DNA from: Thiobacillus denitrificans
GTDB taxonomy: Bacteria > Pseudomonadota > Gammaproteobacteria > Burkholderiales > Thiobacillaceae
Assembly (NCBI GenBank): GCA_020723405.1
Contig: DYIY01000009.1
Location: forward strand, 110,427 to 174,426
Direction: 5' to 3'
DNA length: 64,000 nt
The translations under genes were made by a program, and so were the position numbers. Every line of letters begins with the position of its first letter. The stretch's first letter is position 1. Positions 61,431 through 64,000 of the stretch are shown here, piece after piece. The notes beneath the pieces are model-generated. The model saw only the letters and a program-made list of their open reading frames with translations, searched no databases and was not told the DNA's origin.

Positions 61431-62386
61431 CCGACCAAGGGGAGATCATCGAGGCAGCCCGGCAGGCCATCATGGCCCTCGGCTTGCCCAGAGCCCAGCA
61501 CAACGAGCGTTCAGCCTTGTGCCTGCTGGCTTTGTTGAACCTCACTCCGGACAAGTCCTGGAGCAAAGCAGGCAACCCCTTGCTGGGCATCACCCCCATC
61601 ATGGATTGGCTCCGGGAACACTATGGTAAGGACTACGCCCCCAATACCCGCGAAACCATCCGGCGCCAGACCATGCATCAGTTCTGCGCCGCCGGCGTCG
61701 CGCGATACAACCCCGACAAGCCGGACCGTCCCGTCAACAGCCCCCAGGCCGTGTACCAGATCGAACCCGGCACCTTGGCCCTGCTGCGGTCCTATGGCAC
61801 CGCGAAATGGGAAGGCAAACTCAAGGCTTATCTGACCAAAAGGGTGACCTTGGTCGCCAGGTACGCCAAGGAACGTGACCAGACGCGGATACCAGTTGCC
61901 ATCGGCCCGGGCAAGCGAATTGACCTCAGCCCGGGTGAGCATAGCGAATTGATCCGCGCCATCATCGAGAGCTTCGCCCCCCGCTTTGCGCCGGACAGCA
62001 CCCTGGTCTACGCCGGAGATACCGGTGAGAAATGGGGCTATTTCGACGAAGACTTGCTGATGAATCTGGGCGTGAAAGTCGATGCCCACGGCAAGATGCC
62101 GGATGTGGTGTTGTACTACGCCGACAAACATTGGCTTCTACTGGTGGAATCCGTCACCAGCCACGGACCGGTGGATGGCAAGCGACACCTGGAGTTGGCG
62201 GAACTCTTTGCCGGATCAAAGGCGGGACTGGTCTTCGTCACAGCGTTTCCGAATCGGTCCCTCATGGGCCGGTACCTGAGTGAGATCGCCTGGGAAACGG
62301 AAGTGTGGGTGGCTGATGCGCCGTCGCACCTGATTCATTTTGATGGGGAGCGGTTTTTGGGGCCTTATGGAAAGCCAGGCGAATAG
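61427..62386 (+). CDS. BsuBI/PstI-family type II restriction endonuclease
   Basis: 319 aa. Start overlaps the MTase stop (ATGA). Resembles the PstI/BsuBI REase family. M.PstI-type enzymes pair with NPPY gamma-class MTases. Confidence 0.7.
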   Translation: MTDQGEIIEAARQAIMALGLPRAQHNERSALCLLALLNLTPDKSWSKAGNPLLGITPIMDWLREHYGKDYAPNTRETIRRQTMHQFCAAGVARYNPDKPDRPVNSPQAVYQIEPGTLALLRSYGTAKWEGKLKAYLTKRVTLVARYAKERDQTRIPVAIGPGKRIDLSPGEHSELIRAIIESFAPRFAPDSTLVYAGDTGEKWGYFDEDLLMNLGVKVDAHGKMPDVVLYYADKHWLLLVESVTSHGPVDGKRHLELAELFAGSKAGLVFVTAFPNRSLMGRYLSEIAWETEVWVADAPSHLIHFDGERFLGPYGKPGE

Positions 62387-62494
62387 GGAGACGACAGAAT
62401 CTGCGTTTCCAGAGGAGATGCTGAAAGTTCCATTTATCTGGTGCTGGTCACGAGCGGTACTTGCCCAAACGAAACCCGCGACTGCGCAGCACCT

Positions 62495-63868
62495 TCATTT
62501 TTGTGGGGCAAGGAGGGTGACAGGCAGGAACAGGATCCCGTCCCGCCGCCGGATCATGACCGGTACCGGCTGGCCCACCGGCAGGGCTTCACCGGCCTGA
62601 GCCAGTTGTTCCACCGTATCCAGCCGTTGCCGGCCCAGTTGCAGCAGGATGTCGCCGGGCAGGATGCCCGCTTCGGCGGCGGGGCCGGGACCCAGTTCCC
62701 GGACCAGGAGGCCGGTGGTGATGCCCAGCACCTTGCGGGTGGCTTCGTCGGTGGGCGCCACGCTCAGGTTCAGGCGGGCCACCCGTTCGCCGGCGGCCTT
62801 GCCCTTGCCGGCCAGGGCGCCGTCCTGCAGGTCTCCCACCACCAGATTCAGGCGGCCCAGTTGGCCGCCCCGCAGCACCGTCAGCACCCGGGTCTGGCCG
62901 GGCAGAGTGACGCCCACCAGGGGCGGCATGTCGGCGCTGTTCACCAGGGGTTTGTCGTCCAGGGCCAGGATGATGTCGCCCGGTTCCAGGCCCGCCTTGG
63001 CGCCCGGGCTGCCCGGGGTGACCTCGGTGACCAGGGCCCCCTGGGGCAGGGGCAGGCCGAAGGCCCGGGCCAGGTCCTGGCTGAGTTCCTGGGTGGCGAT
63101 GCCGGCCCAGCCGTGGCGGGCCTGGCCGGTTTCGATGATCTGCCGGGCCATGGCCATGGCGGTGTTGATGGGAATGGCAAACGACAGGCCCATGTAGCCG
63201 CCGCTCTTGCTGAAGATCTGTGAGTTGATGCCCACCACCCGGCCCTGGGTGTCGAACAGGGGGCCGCCGGAATTGCCCGGGTTGATGGGCACGTCGGTCT
63301 GGATGAAAGGCACATAGGCGTCGCCGGGCAGGGCCCGGTTCAGGGTGCTGATGATGCCCTGGCTGGCGCTGCGTTCCAGGCCGAAGGGGGCGCCGATGGC
63401 CAGCACCCACTGGCCCACCAGCAACTGGTCCGAGTCGCCCAGGGTGGCCACCGGTAGGTTGCGGGCTTCCACCTTGAGCACGGCCACGTCGGTGGCGGCG
63501 TCCACGCCCACCACCCGGGCCGGCAGTTCCAGCTTGTTGATGAACTTGACGGTGATCTTGTCGGCGCCGTCCACCACGTGGCGGTTGGTGAGGATCAGGC
63601 CGTCGGGGCTGATGATGAAGCCGGAACCCACGCTGGCCTTGTAGCGGGGCAGGCCGGGGGTCTTGTTGTCGCCGTCGCCATCGTCAGCGCTATCGGGCAA
63701 GGCCCGCAACACGTGCAGGTTGACCACCGCCCGGCCCTGGCTGGCGACGATGGCGGAGAAGTCGGGCAGGGCCGCCCCAGCCGATGCGGCGGCCGGCGTG
63801 CCCGGGGATTCGGCAAACACGGGCGTCGCCGCCAGGGCGGCCAGGAGAAGGGGGAAGGCGGGTTTCAT
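62495..63868 (-). CDS. degP: Periplasmic serine endoprotease DegP/DegQ (MucD-like)
   Basis: Signal peptide, trypsin-like catalytic GNSGGPL, and two PDZ domains. AAGGAC RBS. The track ORF extends to 63880. Confidence 0.93.
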   Translation of the reverse strand: MKPAFPLLLAALAATPVFAESPGTPAAASAGAALPDFSAIVASQGRAVVNLHVLRALPDSADDGDGDNKTPGLPRYKASVGSGFIISPDGLILTNRHVVDGADKITVKFINKLELPARVVGVDAATDVAVLKVEARNLPVATLGDSDQLLVGQWVLAIGAPFGLERSASQGIISTLNRALPGDAYVPFIQTDVPINPGNSGGPLFDTQGRVVGINSQIFSKSGGYMGLSFAIPINTAMAMARQIIETGQARHGWAGIATQELSQDLARAFGLPLPQGALVTEVTPGSPGAKAGLEPGDIILALDDKPLVNSADMPPLVGVTLPGQTRVLTVLRGGQLGRLNLVVGDLQDGALAGKGKAAGERVARLNLSVAPTDEATRKVLGITTGLLVRELGPGPAAEAGILPGDILLQLGRQRLDTVEQLAQAGEALPVGQPVPVMIRRRDGILFLPVTLLAPQK

Positions 63869-64000
63869 GTCGGGTCCCAAGTCCTTGATAGGTGTGCGGG
63901 TTTGAGAGGGGGAATCTACCCCAGGGTTCCCCGGCCGTCTGTCCGTGCCTTGGGCCAGGCCGGTTGTGGGGGCTTGAGCGGGTAGGGGGTTCCGGACGAT

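Noticed and set aside
59545-62490. The 17-nt direct repeat as a definitive att/target-site duplication
   Set aside because: A 16/17 match could arise by chance in a 64-kb GC-rich window by my estimate. It is kept only as a suggestive observation within the R-M finding.

Overview
High-GC (about 65-68%) chromosomal segment from a betaproteobacterium, with gene content and order resembling Rhodocyclales (Azoarcus/Thauera-like). It spans the origin-proximal core, listed here from low to high coordinate: the F1Fo ATP synthase operon (atpGAHFEBI, minus strand), parB-parA-rsmG-mnmG, ppc, an ABC exporter, mnmE-yidC-rnpA-rpmH (minus strand), then dnaA-dnaN-gyrB (plus strand). Four parS sites (TGTTTCACGTGAAACA type) are scattered through this region. 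A DnaA-box cluster in the dnaA-dnaN spacer is the best oriC candidate.

Downstream lies an accessory stretch. It holds an unusual RtcR-centred RNA-repair locus:
- a divergent rtcR paired with a sigma54 -24/-12 promoter, IHF site and inverted-repeat UAS;
- an approximately 475-nt leader carrying tandem tRNA-like modules, resembling a Y-RNA/YrlA-type tRNA mimic but with no Ro60/Rsr gene;
- a cytoplasmic SPFH/band-7 protein, a zinc-ribbon protein, an E. coli-type RtcB and RtcA;
- a second, divergent RtcB paralog just downstream of rtcR, with a tightly coupled 64-aa basic ORF and a 320-aa unknown protein.

Adjacent to this locus are:
- a low-GC DUF2075-type PD-(D/E)xK nuclease plus SF1-helicase-like gene, likely horizontally acquired and defence-related;
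- a decayed REP-associated transposase (RAYT) remnant with a nested hairpin;
- three loci of a novel approximately 36-nt REP/MITE-like inverted-repeat family at gene 3' ends.

The rest of the window contains housekeeping and accessory genes (SDR, histidine phosphatase, SemiSWEET, flavoproteins, YaiI, MBL hydrolase, RsuA, PPK2, a hybrid HK/LuxR-RR operon, metF, MbfA-like, comM, DUF815 ATPase), a zinc-homeostasis locus (zur, zupT, zrgABCD-like) with palindromic operators, and a PstI/BsuBI-type R-M module that appears inserted next to a truncated GNAT gene, followed by degP. No rRNA, canonical tRNA or CRISPR array was seen.
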